The notes under the pieces were generated by a model that saw only the letters and a list, made by a program, of their open reading frames with translations, did not search any database and was not told the DNA's origin. A program made the translations under genes and the position numbers. Below are positions 17,315-31,141 of a stretch of 64,000 nt of DNA, one piece after another. The stretch comes from the human T2T-CHM13v2.0 reference genome, Homo sapiens. How positions within the stretch are numbered: the first letter of the stretch is position 1; each line of letters starts with the position of its first letter. The stretch lies in NCBI RefSeq assembly GCF_009914755.1, contig NC_060926.1; one strand, written 5' to 3'.

Positions 17315-17520
17315 CTGTCCCAAGAGATATTCCATGGGTAAGGGGACAGAGCTCCCACCTAGGGCTCTGTCCTTCACAATCTTCAGGAAACCCACCCCCT
17401 TTCACCCAAAGCGTGTCTTTCCTCCTGGAAAACACAGGTACATCCAAGTTCTTCTAAGTTTCAAGAATTGGGTTGTTAGATCCTTCCCATATTTGCCAAG
17501 CTCCCTATTTGCCAGAGTAG

Positions 17521-18833
<1,313 letters not shown>

Positions 18834-19082
18834 AAAGATAACTTTTTAAAAGAAAACTAAGAGGTTAATCAAGGTTAACTGGCAAAGTAGAGGGTGTCTC
18901 GACTGATGCCAGAAGCCAAGCAATCATCCATTCTGCCACACTTTCCCACCTGTGGGCTCCTCCAGCGCAAGGCCAGCATCTTGCCCATCTCTGTGTCCCC
19001 CATAACGTTCTGTCCATGGCTGATGTTTAATGCTTACACGCCCACCTAAACTGATTTGAGGTGGATCGCCTCAAAGACCTAC

Positions 19083-19235
19083 CTGAGTGCAATGCAAAGG
19101 TGACCTCGCTATCGTCGGGGCCCTCCATGCTGCCGACCACCCCTTCCTGGGGTTCTAGAACCCAGCCCTCTTCGTTGCCCTCTTCCTCCTCTTCTTCCTC
19201 AAAGTCCACATCTTCCATCTCCTGGGCCAGGTCAT
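19083..19235 (-). CDS. AAMP: AAMP exon 2 (DDLAQEMED...FALHS), acidic poly-E region
   Basis: AAGCAG tandem acceptor, GTAGG donor. Confidence 0.92.
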
Positions 19236-19666
19236 CTGCTTTGGGGAGAGGGTTAGAAGATGGGGCTCGGGAGGCGGTAAGAGGTACGGAGAGAAGCATG
19301 AGGAGGCCTGAGGCTGGGGCGGGTCATGTGGCGAGAAGGGAAGGTGGAGTCAGACACACCGGGGTCCGCGGGGGCGCGCGGGACACAGGACGGGAGGCCA
19401 CGGCTGGCCAGAGACCGTGCGGTAAGGGAGGGCCAAGGGGATGATGGGAAGGGGGTGTGTGAGGGGAAGGGCCAGAGGAGGCGTCAGGGAACCCCCACCC
19501 CAGCCAGGCCTGAGAACTAAGTGTGAGGGTGGGAGTGGGGGAGGAGGGGAAGAGGGATATCGGTAGGAATGACCAGTCGGGTGTGGAGGGGAGCGGGGAA
19601 AAGCAGGAGTCAGAGGCCAGGGGTGAGCGTCTCCTGTCCCATGGCCTGAGGAGCGGCAGTTCTCAC

Positions 19667-19787
19667 CTGGGTCCGGCGGACCGGGATCAAGTTCTACCAC
19701 CTCGATAATCTCTTCATCACCATGGAAGCTTAGGGTCTCCAGTGGGGGGGTGTCAGCAGCAGCCCCGCTTTCCGATTCGGACTCCAT
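19667..19787 (-). CDS. AAMP: AAMP (angio-associated migratory cell protein, WD40) exon 1 [15 protein letters not shown]...PPDP
   Basis: ATG at 19787, donor CAG|GTGAGA. Confidence 0.93.
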
Positions 19788-20236
19788 GCGGCGCAAGCGG
19801 CGGATCCACTTCTCTGGGCCCAAACGCCTCCCAGAGTCAGCTCTGCGCGACGACGCGGAACTCGAGCCCCTCCTCCCGGCAGGAAGTAGGCGTAGGCGAC
19901 TCCCCGGCAGGAAGAGCGACGGCCGTTCGGCCAATAGCTACGAAGGTTGGCTGGCCGCCTCACCAATCACAGAGCGGCATTGGAAGATGGGGCCGGGGCG
20001 TGGCGGAGAGAACCCAAACTCCGCCCCACCTGACTCCGCCCCCAACTGGAGGGAAACAAGCGAGCGCGCGCGCCTCCGGGGTCTCCTGGGAAGAGTAGTT
20101 CTCCTGGGTCCGCTCTGCGGGCTTCTGGGAGATGTAGTTTCTGGTCTGTAGGCAGGACGGAAGGAGCGGGGGAGGCCCCTTACGCAAACTACAATTCCCG
20201 GCGGGGAGCGCGGTGAAGCGGGGGTGGGATCTGAAC

Positions 20237-20303
20237 ATGGCGGCGGTGGTAGCTGCTACGGCGCTGAAGGGCCGGGGGGCGAGAAATGCCCGCGTCCTCC
20301 GGG
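20237..20303 (+). CDS. PNKD: PNKD (MR-1) exon 1, MAAVVAATALKGRGARNARVLR
   Basis: AACATGG start, GTAAGG donor. Basic amphipathic N-terminus; Ala7 and Ala9 are the wild-type alleles here. Confidence 0.95.
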
Positions 20304-21059
20304 GTAAGGAGAGGGACCCCGGGGAGGGCAGGACTGCAGAAGATCCCTTTTCTTTCACGTCCAGCCCGACGATAGCAGGAGGTCAGGGCTCTTGGTTCCT
20401 CCCCACACTTTTCTGCAAGATCTTAGAGTCTGGGGGTGCAGAGATGCTCTTTAGAGGTCACCCAGTGCATCCCCCCGCCTTCGGGTTGCTCGACACCTCC
20501 GGGGTCTTGCTGCAAGAGGGAGCTCCTAGGAAGCCTGTTGGACTCCCGCGCTCCAGGTGTTTCACACTCACCGCAGTGCAGAGGAAAGAGCCCCGGGCTT
20601 CTGGAGGTTTGAGTTCCAGCCCCGGATAATTAGCAGTTTGACCTTGGGCAAAGCAGTTTTTCTCTCAGGGCTTCAGTTTCCTCTTCCGTACAGTGCAAGG
20701 GATGGAGTAGACTATCTTTAAGGTCCCTTCCAGTGCTAACATTTGCAGTTTCAAAACCTTTTCCCGGATTTCCTTCATACGTCTTATGTGAGTCCCACTG
20801 CAGTCCTTCCCATGCTGTCGTCTGAGGAAGAACAGCGAAGCTTTTCGTCCTGGCACCAGGGTGATGAGCCCGCAGTGACGTGGAAGTGGCTTCCAAAGGT
20901 GCCACCTCGGTGGCGATTTTCCCATTTCCCTTTGGATTCTCCTTGGCACTTCTTACTTCAGACTGCAGTCACTCCCCTTCCCCAGATCTCAGCCGCTCCT
21001 CCCAAGCCCTTACTGCCCCCCACCTCCCCGCTTGCTTTCTTCTCATCTCTTCTTACTGA

Positions 21060-21251
<192 letters not shown>

Positions 21252-22268
21252 TGAGTTTTAACCACCCCTTTGCCCACCAACGGGGCGTGGCTTGTAGGGG
21301 AGGGCAGGACTTAGAAACTTCTCCAAGTTTCAGGTGGCGAGCTGAATCCAAAGTTGTGGGAACAGAATTGTTGGGTTCGATTGGAATCTCAGAGGGGTGG
21401 GGCAGTGGAGGTGGGAAAGTATGTGGAATTGAGAAGACAGTGGGTTTACTGTGGAGTAAGCTGAGTTGATCTGATTCAGACTTGGGTCCCTGGCCTCATC
21501 CTCCCTTTTGGGAGCTTGGAGTGAGACCCAAGTTTAAGTAAGTAGTTCGTTGAGATCATGTGAGCTTGTACTAGTTGTATAGTAGTACTCAGAAGGCGTT
21601 ATGAACATTGTGATTGGGCTCTGACTCTGACCTTAATACATATTATTGACCAATATTAAAGGGAAAGGAGGAAGAAATCAACATTTTTTTCTGCATGTGA
21701 GGTGTGCCAGTACTTTGCCATGTAATGTTTTAGTGTTTGAGATAAGTATTACATCCCCATTTCACAGAGGAAGGAACTGAGACTGAGCTAGGATTCTCAC
21801 CTAGTCTGTGACTCCATGCTCTTTCCCCCATACCAAAGTGCCTCCCAAGCAGTGGTTACTTAGCTTGAGGGGAAAACTGGGAGGGTACCTTGGCCAAGTC
21901 TCAGAGAGGGAAAGCGTCAGGGCTGCCTGGAAAATCCTGCACAGGTGCTGTTGCAGGAATGCAGGGCTCGTGCTGAGGATCAGGCTCTAGGCGGGAGGAG
22001 GAAAGAGGCAGGCAGAGACCCAGCCACACTGGGCCTTTTGTGCCATGTTTGGACTTGGCCAGGAAGTGATGGAGTTACGGGGTTTTAAGCAGGGAAGTGA
22101 CAGGATCTGATTTGTGTGGGTCCCTCCAGCAGCCAGCACAGAGGATGAATAGACTATAAGAGGTATTGCAGCATTCATGCAACTGATGAAGCTAGAATGA
22201 CTCCCCCCAGCTCCTCTGGCTCAGGCTTGGCCCCTCCCCAAACCCCGTGCACATCTCCCCACCCGTAG

Positions 22269-22461
22269 GGCCATCGGCTTCCCTTGTGGTATCCTCCTCT
22301 TCATCCTCACCAAGCGGGAAGTGGACAAGGACCGTGTGAAGCAGATGAAGGCTCGGCAGAACATGCGGTTGTCCAACACGGGCGAGTATGAGAGCCAGAG
22401 GTTCAGGGCTTCCTCCCAGAGTGCCCCGTCCCCTGATGTTGGGTCTGGGGTGCAGACCTGA
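22269..22461 (+). CDS. PNKD: PNKD short-isoform terminal exon (AIGFPCGILLFILTK...GSGVQT*)
   Basis: TAG acceptor, TGA at 22459-22461. 67+169+193 nt = 142 aa. Exons of the long isoform are not seen in this window. Confidence 0.92.
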
Positions 22462-22614
22462 GGAGCGCTGCGACCCTCCTAGGCTATTGACTGTTAAGTC
22501 CTCAGGTTTGGCCCAGATTCCAGTTCGTGCCTCTGAGGTCCACCAGAGGGCGCATGAAGCCCAGGCTGTTGCCAAACCCTACCCTGCCCCACACCAAGGA
22601 GCCAGCCAAAGGCA

Positions 22615-22620
22615 AATAAA
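22615..22620 (+). terminator. PNKD: PNKD short-isoform poly(A) signal (second AATAAA at 22859-22864)
   Basis: AATAAA followed by GT-rich sequence. Confidence 0.8.
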
Positions 22621-22961
22621 GTTATTGAGTGTTTAGTAGAAAGGAACCAGGTCTGGGTTTGTGAGTCCCTTGGGATGGGAGGGGCAGAGGGTGGGGCTGG
22701 TTACTCATGTGTGCTCCCTCTCACAGAGCTCAGTGTTCCCAGCTGGATGGTGGGGCAAACCCAGAGACTTAAGTGCAACCAGCCTAGGCCCCGGGCCCTC
22801 GGGACCAAGCCCTCAGAGCTGCCGGCCAGGAGGGTGGGGTCCCGCTCAGCCTTGAAACAATAAAGAGAATCAAAGAAGGTATTCAGGGTGTGGAGGCAAA
22901 AAAAAGCACTGCTCTTTACTGAGTCCAAATGACTCGACTCTGGGCCTCAGTTTCCTCATTT

Positions 22962-23490
<529 letters not shown>

Positions 23491-23910
23491 CAGTTTCCTC
23501 ATTTTGTAAGATGGGACTGGAGTTGACATGGACTGAACCTGCAGTCCATCCCCTCCTCCATCTGCAAAACTGTAGGTATACATACAGCTCTTTGGGGAAG
23601 AGAGTTAGCTCTCATGAGCTTTTGGAAAGGGTCCATGGTGCAGAAAAGGTCAAGCACTACAGCCAAGAGGTCTCTTCCATATCCAGTGATCCAGTGTGAT
23701 AGGGTTGAGCTCTCCCTTTCCCCACCCAACTCCTGAGCCTTCACTAGTCTATTGCATCCGTCCCCGGAAACTGCTGCAGTAAAGTGTATTTGATTACCTT
23801 GGAAAAGGTGGGACAGCCCAAGCCAGAATGCAGAAGGAAGAAGTGGATACTTTGGGCAGAGCCACACATACTCCTGGAGCCATACAGGGTTTTAACTTCT
23901 AGACATAAAC

Positions 23911-23916
23911 TTTATT
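23911..23916 (-). terminator. TMBIM1: TMBIM1 poly(A) signal (3'UTR ~23895-25167)
   Basis: TTTATT on + at the end of an AT-rich stretch ~1.25 kb past the stop. Confidence 0.75.
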
Positions 23917-25167
23917 ACATTTATAGTTGTATCCCTTTGTGTGATATAGTTAGGATTTCTCTATTAAGTAATTAATCCTAACTATATCCTTGGGCTGATT
24001 TGATTTCTGCCCCCACCCGACAGACTGACCCTTGTCCCCCTTCCCCATTCCAGCTCAAGGCACTTAATATTACAAAGAAGGCAGTGGCTGGCTGGAGAGA
24101 TGGGCCTCAAGTCAGAAATCCCCCAGTGCAACTTAAGACAAACAGAGAGAAGTCACCTTCCTCTTAGGACCCTCCCTGGGTTAGCAGAAGGAAAGAACCC
24201 AGAAGTCTTCAGTACCACAGTAGGCTTCGGTATCTCCCTAGCCAGGTGAGGGACCCCCAGGCATTCTCCCTGCCCGCACCGAGTCTCTCTTCACCCTGGC
24301 TACTTCCTGGCCACACGTATGACTCTGCCCCTTACTTTCTGCTCTGAGCTGCCTGAATACAGGAAGCAAGAGTTCACTCTGACCAGAGATCCAGAAGCCT
24401 GCAAGGAGGCCCCAGCAGCTTTCAAGAATGGGGAGCAGATGGCCACATGTGGCCTGCTCTGTCTTATAGCGTCACAAGCCAGGAGCAAGCCCAGGGGAGA
24501 TGCTGTTCCATGCTGGCCTGTATAGGTTACTTTGCTCGTTCTATTATCTGTCCCCCATCCCTAACCCAGATAAACAATACATATGTCACTGAAACAAGAA
24601 GGGATTGAAGCAAGGAGACCCATGGGCACAGATCTCTTCTACCTTCCTGAGCTAAAAGATGCCAAGCCAAAGGAATACAGGATAATGGCCTATGTGTCCA
24701 GGAGGCCGGGGACAAAGCTCTCTGGCTTTGCTGGGGGAAGAAATAGCTCCAACTACGTAGTCAAGAAGCCTGTGACAGAGGTGGGAGGGGAACCTCGTGA
24801 CCTTGAAGTCACTTCTACCTTTCATATTCCCTTCTAGCTATCGAATAGGCTCTTTTCATATTCCTCACAACCCCAGCTGTTAGGAAGAATGTGGTGTCAT
24901 ACAGTAGGTGGCGGGGAGAAGACACATCTTCAGCCTAGTCCCTGCCAAGCCCACCAAGAGCAACAGTTAGTCCCTAGCTCCTCCGTCCCCACCAAGTACC
25001 CACACATCCATAGCCAGAGAGGCCACCTGTCTCCAGGACAGAAAGGAAACTGGGCATGTTACTCAAGGGGAAGGAAAGGGGCCTAAAGCCCAGACCACAG
25101 TCATAGGGCCCAGCCCTCTAGCTTGGAAGGGAGAGCCCAGGATCGGGTGAAAATGGGGGCTTGCTCC

Positions 25168-25314
25168 TTAATTGCGATCCCCCATCAGCTGCAGCACAAA
25201 GGTGAAGATGTAGATGATGTCTGTGTAAATCTGCAGGGCGCCAGTGATGTAGTCCTCCGGGCTGATGGTGTGCTTCCGGTTCCCCAGGACCAGCTGTGTG
25301 TCGTAAGCCAGGAA
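25168..25314 (-). CDS. TMBIM1: TMBIM1 last coding exon (FLAYDTQ...SPEDY...LQIYTD...GDRN*)
   Basis: Bax inhibitor-1/LFG family motifs. The 11 coding exons sum to 936 nt = 311 aa + stop. Confidence 0.95.
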   Translation of the reverse strand, partial: FLAYDTQLVLGNRKHTISPEDYITGALQIYTDIIYIFTFVLQLMGDRN

Positions 25315-25718
25315 CTGCAAGGATAGGGAAGCCAGAAGTGAGAACTCAGGCATCAGTGTCCAGAGCTCATTTTTGGTCAGCAGATTTGTCTTGGGGGCCT
25401 ATGCGCCACACAGTGCTTAGGGCCACATTAACGCACAGCATAACATATGGGCTCTATACTGTAGCTGCTCACAGTCTAGGAAAGGAGGCAGACACACCGT
25501 TCTCAATATGGCTGACTAGTGTTCTAATAGCAGGCAGCTTGAACAAGAGATGGCAAGAGTGCCCACAAAAATCAATGGAATCTCTGGACAGTAGTGAGAG
25601 GAATGGCCTGCTATGGCCCCATTCCCTGCCTCCCAGGCAGTCTAAATTCATGCCCCCTTCCCTAGATTCCTCCCCTCATCCCCTCAGCTCCCCTTCCTAG
25701 AGTGGGGCTGGGACTTAC

Positions 25719-25772
25719 CAGGGTGAAACAAATGGCCCCCAGAGCAGCATAGAGCATGTGGAGCCAGTAAAC
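25719..25772 (-). CDS. TMBIM1: TMBIM1 exon (VYWLHMLYAALGAICFTL)
   Basis: AG/GTAAGT boundaries; TM segment. Confidence 0.93.
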
Positions 25773-26697
25773 CTGGAGAAGAAGGGGACAGAGAATGGCA
25801 TTAGAAACCTCAGCAAACCACAGGCCCACAGGCCCCAGCTTCCCCCGGGATAGTGGCATGAGAGTGGGTAGAGCTGGGAAGCTAGCTCTCCATGAAAGGC
25901 TACTGCCTTTCCAGATCTTGGAGGAAATTAAGACTGGTGATATATCCAGCAGAGAAAGCAGAGGCCATCCTGCAATGGCTGTATAAAACCAATCTCCAAA
26001 GCCAGTCAAGGTACACAAGTGTCTACTATACTTCTAGAAAAAAAGCAGTTGAGTTACAGCTCTGAAAGGGGCAGACCCAGCATTCAATAGACCAGTTCCT
26101 ACAGCCCAGCCTGGGAGGGGTAGACTAAGGAAGAAGGGAGGCCCCCCAACCCCTCTGGTGAGTATCAAAATCCGGGAGCACCCACAGGACAGCCCACATG
26201 ACATGCCCACAGGTGGCCGTCCACAGAAGGACAGAGCTGGCCCATGGGCAGGCAGCCCTCGTGTCCCCATCCTTCCCCTTCGGCACTGTTCTCCCCCAGC
26301 TGAACAGAATAAAGGAAATAATTGGATCCAGAGACCCCCCGCAAGGTCCCTTCCACCTAGGCCCATCATCTCAGTCCTCTGGGTTCCTCTCCCAGTCTGC
26401 CTCCGAGAACCTGATTCTCAGCTGCCAGGCAGATTGAACCCACCCCTTCCCCTAGGAGTGCAGTGATGCAGTCCAGGGCTTCAGGTGCTCTGGCTCCAAG
26501 GCCGCCCATCTCCACATAGAGAGTCTACCCTCACCCAGAAGGATGCTGCCTCCACGTTGGTGCCTTTGCTAGCCAGTCGAGAGGTTCTGGAGGTCAGAGC
26601 CTGCCCCGGGGACCTTTGGGGCCTGCGAGACCATGCTATATAGGAAGTCTGCCCTGAGCACTGGGTTCCCTGACCCCAGCTCTCCTGGGACACTCAC

Positions 26698-26793
26698 GTA
26701 TTGGAAGTAGAGCACAATGCTAGTGACAATCCCAGTCACCAGGAGCACAATTCCCAGGACACAGAAGAGGCCTGTGCACGAGGTGAAGTCCAC
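26698..26793 (-). CDS. TMBIM1: TMBIM1 exon (VDFTSCTG...LYFQY)
   Basis: AG/GTGAGT boundaries; TM segment. Confidence 0.93.
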
Positions 26794-27059
26794 CTGCCAG
26801 GAAGCAAGAAAGAGGCACCTGTCAGATGGCTGTGACAACCAGCCCAGTCAGACTGGCCCTGCCAGGGAGTCCCAGTGCTGCCTCCTAGGGGGTATGGGAA
26901 TGTCCACAACATTCTAAGGACAGAAACAGGACACAGTTTTGTAGGTGCGGATGAGGAGAAGGGGATCAGGTCTCTAGGGAACATCCCTAGTGTACCGGGG
27001 TCCGGGCCTGATAAGAAAGGGGAGTCGGGGGGCCAGGGAAGGGCCCTCCATGCCCTCAC

Positions 27060-27147
27060 CTTGGTCTGAAAGCAGAAGATGGTGACTGAAATGGATACCA
27101 CCGCAGTGATGATCATTGCAATGATGACGGCTTTGGTTTGGTACATA
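27060..27147 (-). CDS. TMBIM1: TMBIM1 exon (MYQTKAV...FCFQTK)
   Basis: AG/GTGAGG boundaries; TM segment. Confidence 0.93.
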
Positions 27148-27326
27148 CTGGGGAGAAGCAGGAGTTACAGACAAGAGGCATTAAGCCACGTATGAATGAC
27201 TTCAAAATCACCACTTCCAGAGGGGACCTGCCCAGAATCCACCCACGCAGCTGGCTGCCGGCCCAGGAACACCCCACTCCCCACAATACACATTTCCCAA
27301 GAGTGGTGCTTTATCCCTGAATGTAC

Positions 27327-27364
27327 CTGGAAATGGTGCCCGTCATGAAGCCCATGGCAAAAGT
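27327..27364 (-). CDS. TMBIM1: TMBIM1 exon (TFAMGFMTGTIS)
   Basis: TAG/GT boundaries, phase-consistent 38-nt exon. Confidence 0.88.
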
Positions 27365-27628
27365 CTAAGGGAAGGAGAGAGACAAGAATGAAACACTTAA
27401 AAAGGAAGGAAGGCAGGGTGCTGGGGGAGTGGCCATGGTGGCCTCTGCCAGAGCTGGGGAATGCCACCAAGTTGGAAAGAGGCAGCCACAGAGGAGATCA
27501 GAACAGGCGGCCCAGATAAGGTGGAGGAGACAGCCAGGACATCCTTCTGAAATGGGTCCCCATCTCTTCCCTGGGAGCAGTCTCCCTCACAGCATCTCCA
27601 CACCCTCCTGCCACCCTTCTAGACTTAC

Positions 27629-27668
27629 AAAAAGGGTCAGCAGAATGATGTTCCATGGGAAACGGCGT
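27629..27668 (-). CDS. TMBIM1: TMBIM1 exon (RRFPWNIILLTLF)
   Basis: CAG/GTAAGT boundaries; family motif RRxPxN. Confidence 0.92.
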
Positions 27669-28208
27669 CTGAAGGGAAAGAGAAGCCTTGATTAAATGAC
27701 TTGGGGCCCCTCAGGCGTCAGAGGCTCCTACAGCAGAAGGAAGCGCTTGGCTCCTGTGCCTGGAGGATTAAGCCTTGACTCCAAGGAGGGAGGTTGGCAT
27801 GGCCTTTGGCACCTGTTCAGGTGTGGTACGCAGGGACAACATGGGCCAATGAGACAGACCTGTGTTGTGGCGCCAGAAACACCTGGATTGGTTTGCAACT
27901 CTTAAACTGACTGCCTGTGTGATGGGGAGAAAGTTACTCAGCCTCTTTGAGCCTCGGGTTCTTCCTATTTGTTAACTGGCTAAAATGCTACCTGTCTTGC
28001 AGGGTTACTATAAGAGTGACAGCTAGTTAGCTCCTAAACACACATGGTCCTTTGTATACACCTGAACAGTAGCTGTCATCGTCATCCTCCTCCTCATTTC
28101 TTGTAAGTTTCCATTCAGCTGCTATAAAGGAATCCTTCTTTCCAAAATACTCGGCCCCCATCCCAATCCCTGTCACCCCTCTCACTGTGTTAAGTCTCTA
28201 GGACTCAC

Positions 28209-28259
28209 CTGGGTCCCTGGCAGCAGGCAAGGATCAGGTAGGTGACAACGAAGACAGCA
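28209..28259 (-). CDS. TMBIM1: TMBIM1 exon (AVFVVTYLILACCQGPR)
   Basis: TAG/GTGAGT boundaries. Confidence 0.92.
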
Positions 28260-28731
28260 CTAGGGACAAAGAGATGGGGAAGCAGTTCAGGCCCAAACCT
28301 GCCCCGCTTGGCAGCACACACCAGGCCAGTGATTTGGGGCCCAAATAGCCGTTTGGAAGTCTGAGGGGAAGCAACTCAACAGGAAGCAAGAACGAGATTA
28401 CCCCCAGCCAGGGTCACTGAGATGCTCTGAAGCACCAGGCTCCGGCCAGGAAGGAGGTCTGGGGAGGCTGCAGCTGACGGGCTGAGAGGACATGGGGGCT
28501 GCAGCGCAGCGTGCACGCCACCACCAGCAGGTCCCACTCTTGCTCTCGAGTTCTAGGGGTCTGCTACTCATCTGGGCACGCACACCCACACCCTCTGGCA
28601 CGGGAAACTGGCACCAACTTGGGGGCCCTCTCAAAAAGCATTTTGATCCTGCCCTGAGCAAAGCTGGTCACCTAGAAACAGAAGCTGCCACCCCTGCCTC
28701 CCTGCCCAACCACAGAGGAGCACACACTCAC

Positions 28732-28785
28732 TAGGACACGTAGTAGACAGCCACATTTCTCCTCACAAAGGCGCTGACAGGTTCC
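28732..28785 (-). CDS. TMBIM1: TMBIM1 exon (EPVSAFVRRNVAVYYVSY)
   Basis: CAG/GTGAGT boundaries. Confidence 0.92.
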
Positions 28786-28982
28786 CTGTGGGGCACAGGA
28801 GGACAGGAGTAGTCACCCTGAGGCTTGTCTGCCCCACCCAGGCCAGCCAGGCAGCCCTGGCTTCACCTTCTCTAATTGCCCATGGTCACCCTGAGAGCAG
28901 GGCCCACCGCCACCCACACCCCCAGCAGGTGACCCTGAACCCCCAGGGCAGTAGGAGTGGGTGGCAAAGCCTAGAGACTTAC

Positions 28983-29047
28983 ACAAAGGTGAAGATAGCA
29001 ATGATGGCCACAGTGATGAGCAGCTGCACGGAGATGATGGAGTAAAC
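28983..29047 (-). CDS. TMBIM1: TMBIM1 exon (VYSIISVQLLITVAIIAIFTF)
   Basis: CAG/GTAAGT boundaries; first TM segment. Confidence 0.93.
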
Positions 29048-29717
29048 CTGGACACAGACAGCCGGGCATGGGTCACCATCCGGCACCCCTGGCCTGCCCC
29101 AGGAAGCTGCCAGCCCCCAATACTTTCCTCCCACTCAAGAACCCTCCCTAGCTGCAGCCTGGCCCAGAGGCGACCCCAGTGAGATGCCTGGCTCAGAGGC
29201 TATGTGCACTTCTTCCTCAGCCCCACTCCCATGCTCCCTGCCATCTCCCCTCCTGTCCAACACCAGCCTCGGTGACTACTGACTTGCCCTGCCTGGCCAC
29301 CATACTCTACCAGTATGGCCTCTGCACTCCCAGCAGCTCAGTCTGCACGCTCTATGCAGCTGTGAGATGGAGAGGGTGGGTTACAAGCGAGTAGGATCAT
29401 TTCTGGCTCCAAGCTGCCTATAGTCTAAAGGGAGAAAGATGTCTGGGGAAGGCGGGCGCTGTGGCAGAGCCCACCTAGGAGATTCTCCCAGACTGAATGT
29501 GTCCTCCCAAAACATGGTCAAGAAGAGAGGTGCAAAAAGAGGGAACCCTGGGGTTAGAGAAGCCAGGTGCCCCTCTGAGAAGCAGACAAGGCTAGAGAAG
29601 ACAGGCAGCCAGTGTATTTCATGGAATTGATGCCCTGGGGCTACTGTGGCCTACCCACTTCCCATTCCCACAGCCTGAGGGGCCCCAGGTACACCCACCT
29701 CCCAGCGCGTATCTTAC

Positions 29718-29818
29718 CTTTCGGATAAAAGTGTGTCGCACTTTCCGGTCATCCCACTCTCCAGGCCCGAAGCTATCACTCACCGCTCTCTCCTCCCCAT
29801 CATAGCCATGGCCTGGGC
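29718..29818 (-). CDS. TMBIM1: TMBIM1 exon (GPGHGYDGEE...RHTFIRK)
   Basis: TAG/GTAAGA boundaries; family motif RxxFIRK. Confidence 0.93.
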
Positions 29819-29880
29819 CTAGGGACAGATGACACTTGACTCAGCTGGGGACCTGAGACATGTGGCGTCAATCCCAAAGC
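29817..29880 (-). ncRNA. MIR6513: MIR6513 hairpin (5'-tailed mirtron)
   Basis: 5p arm UUUGGGAUUGACGCCACAUGUCU (29878-29856) pairs imperfectly with 3p arm UCAAGUGUCAUCUGUCCCUAG (29839-29819), which ends at the intron AG. Identity from memory. Confidence 0.8.
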
Positions 29881-30482
29881 CTCCCTGACAATCTCAAAGT
29901 CTCAGGGATCTCCAGCCAAAAGACAAGTGTTATAACAGGAACTCTTCTCCCAAGCTGGGGTCTTCTAGACACCCTCAGAGTGACCCAGAGCCGGCCTGTC
30001 ACGAGGGGGCTTAGGTGGGAAACGTTCCTCACGTGCATCTGTGGAGGGCTCCTGTGTGCCCAGCCCACGCCACTGGGGGTTCACTGGGGGGTCACGATGT
30101 AGTGGGGAAGCCAGGCAGGAGCAGGTATGGGCATCCACTGGGGCAGCCAGCCAGGGCAGAACAGGGGATGGGGACAGAGGGTAGGAGAAAAGGAGGGCGG
30201 CAGAGCGCAGTTTGTGCAGCAGCAGGGATAGAGGTGAAGACAGGGATCTGCATCAGCCTCACAGAGGCAGGTGTGCAAAGGGTGTGCGTGACTGTGCAGG
30301 ACCCATGCGCAGATCCGCACCAGCGCACATGTCCAGGTGAGAGCTGGCTGACACCCCTCTGGGGTTCAGAGATGCTGCAGGGCTGCAAACATTCCCTGAA
30401 TGCCTGAATGCCTGAATGCCTCTTTGGGAACTACTTTTAAAATCCACGCTTGAGCCACCCAGGAAGACTCACTGCACTCTAA

Positions 30483-31141
<659 letters not shown>

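Larger units (their letters stand above)
19300..20350. promoter_or_regulatory. CpG island / AAMP-PNKD bidirectional promoter
   Basis: Divergent ATGs 450 bp apart; CpG-rich; CCAAT at 19931, 19963 and (reverse) 19979; GC boxes; ETS CAGGAAG; ACTAC(A)nnTCCC motifs. Confidence 0.9.

Noticed and set aside
20304-20629. PNKD exon 1 frame continuing into intron 1
   Set aside because: Strong GTAAGG donor; the continuation ends at a premature stop and has no recognisable features
22192-22575. 127-aa antisense ORF over the PNKD-short terminal exon
   Set aside because: TTG start, shadow of a real CDS, no independent support
26736-27059. TMBIM1 frame open through a 266-nt intron
   Set aside because: Length is not a multiple of 3; retention frameshifts to a stop with introns downstream, a predicted NMD target
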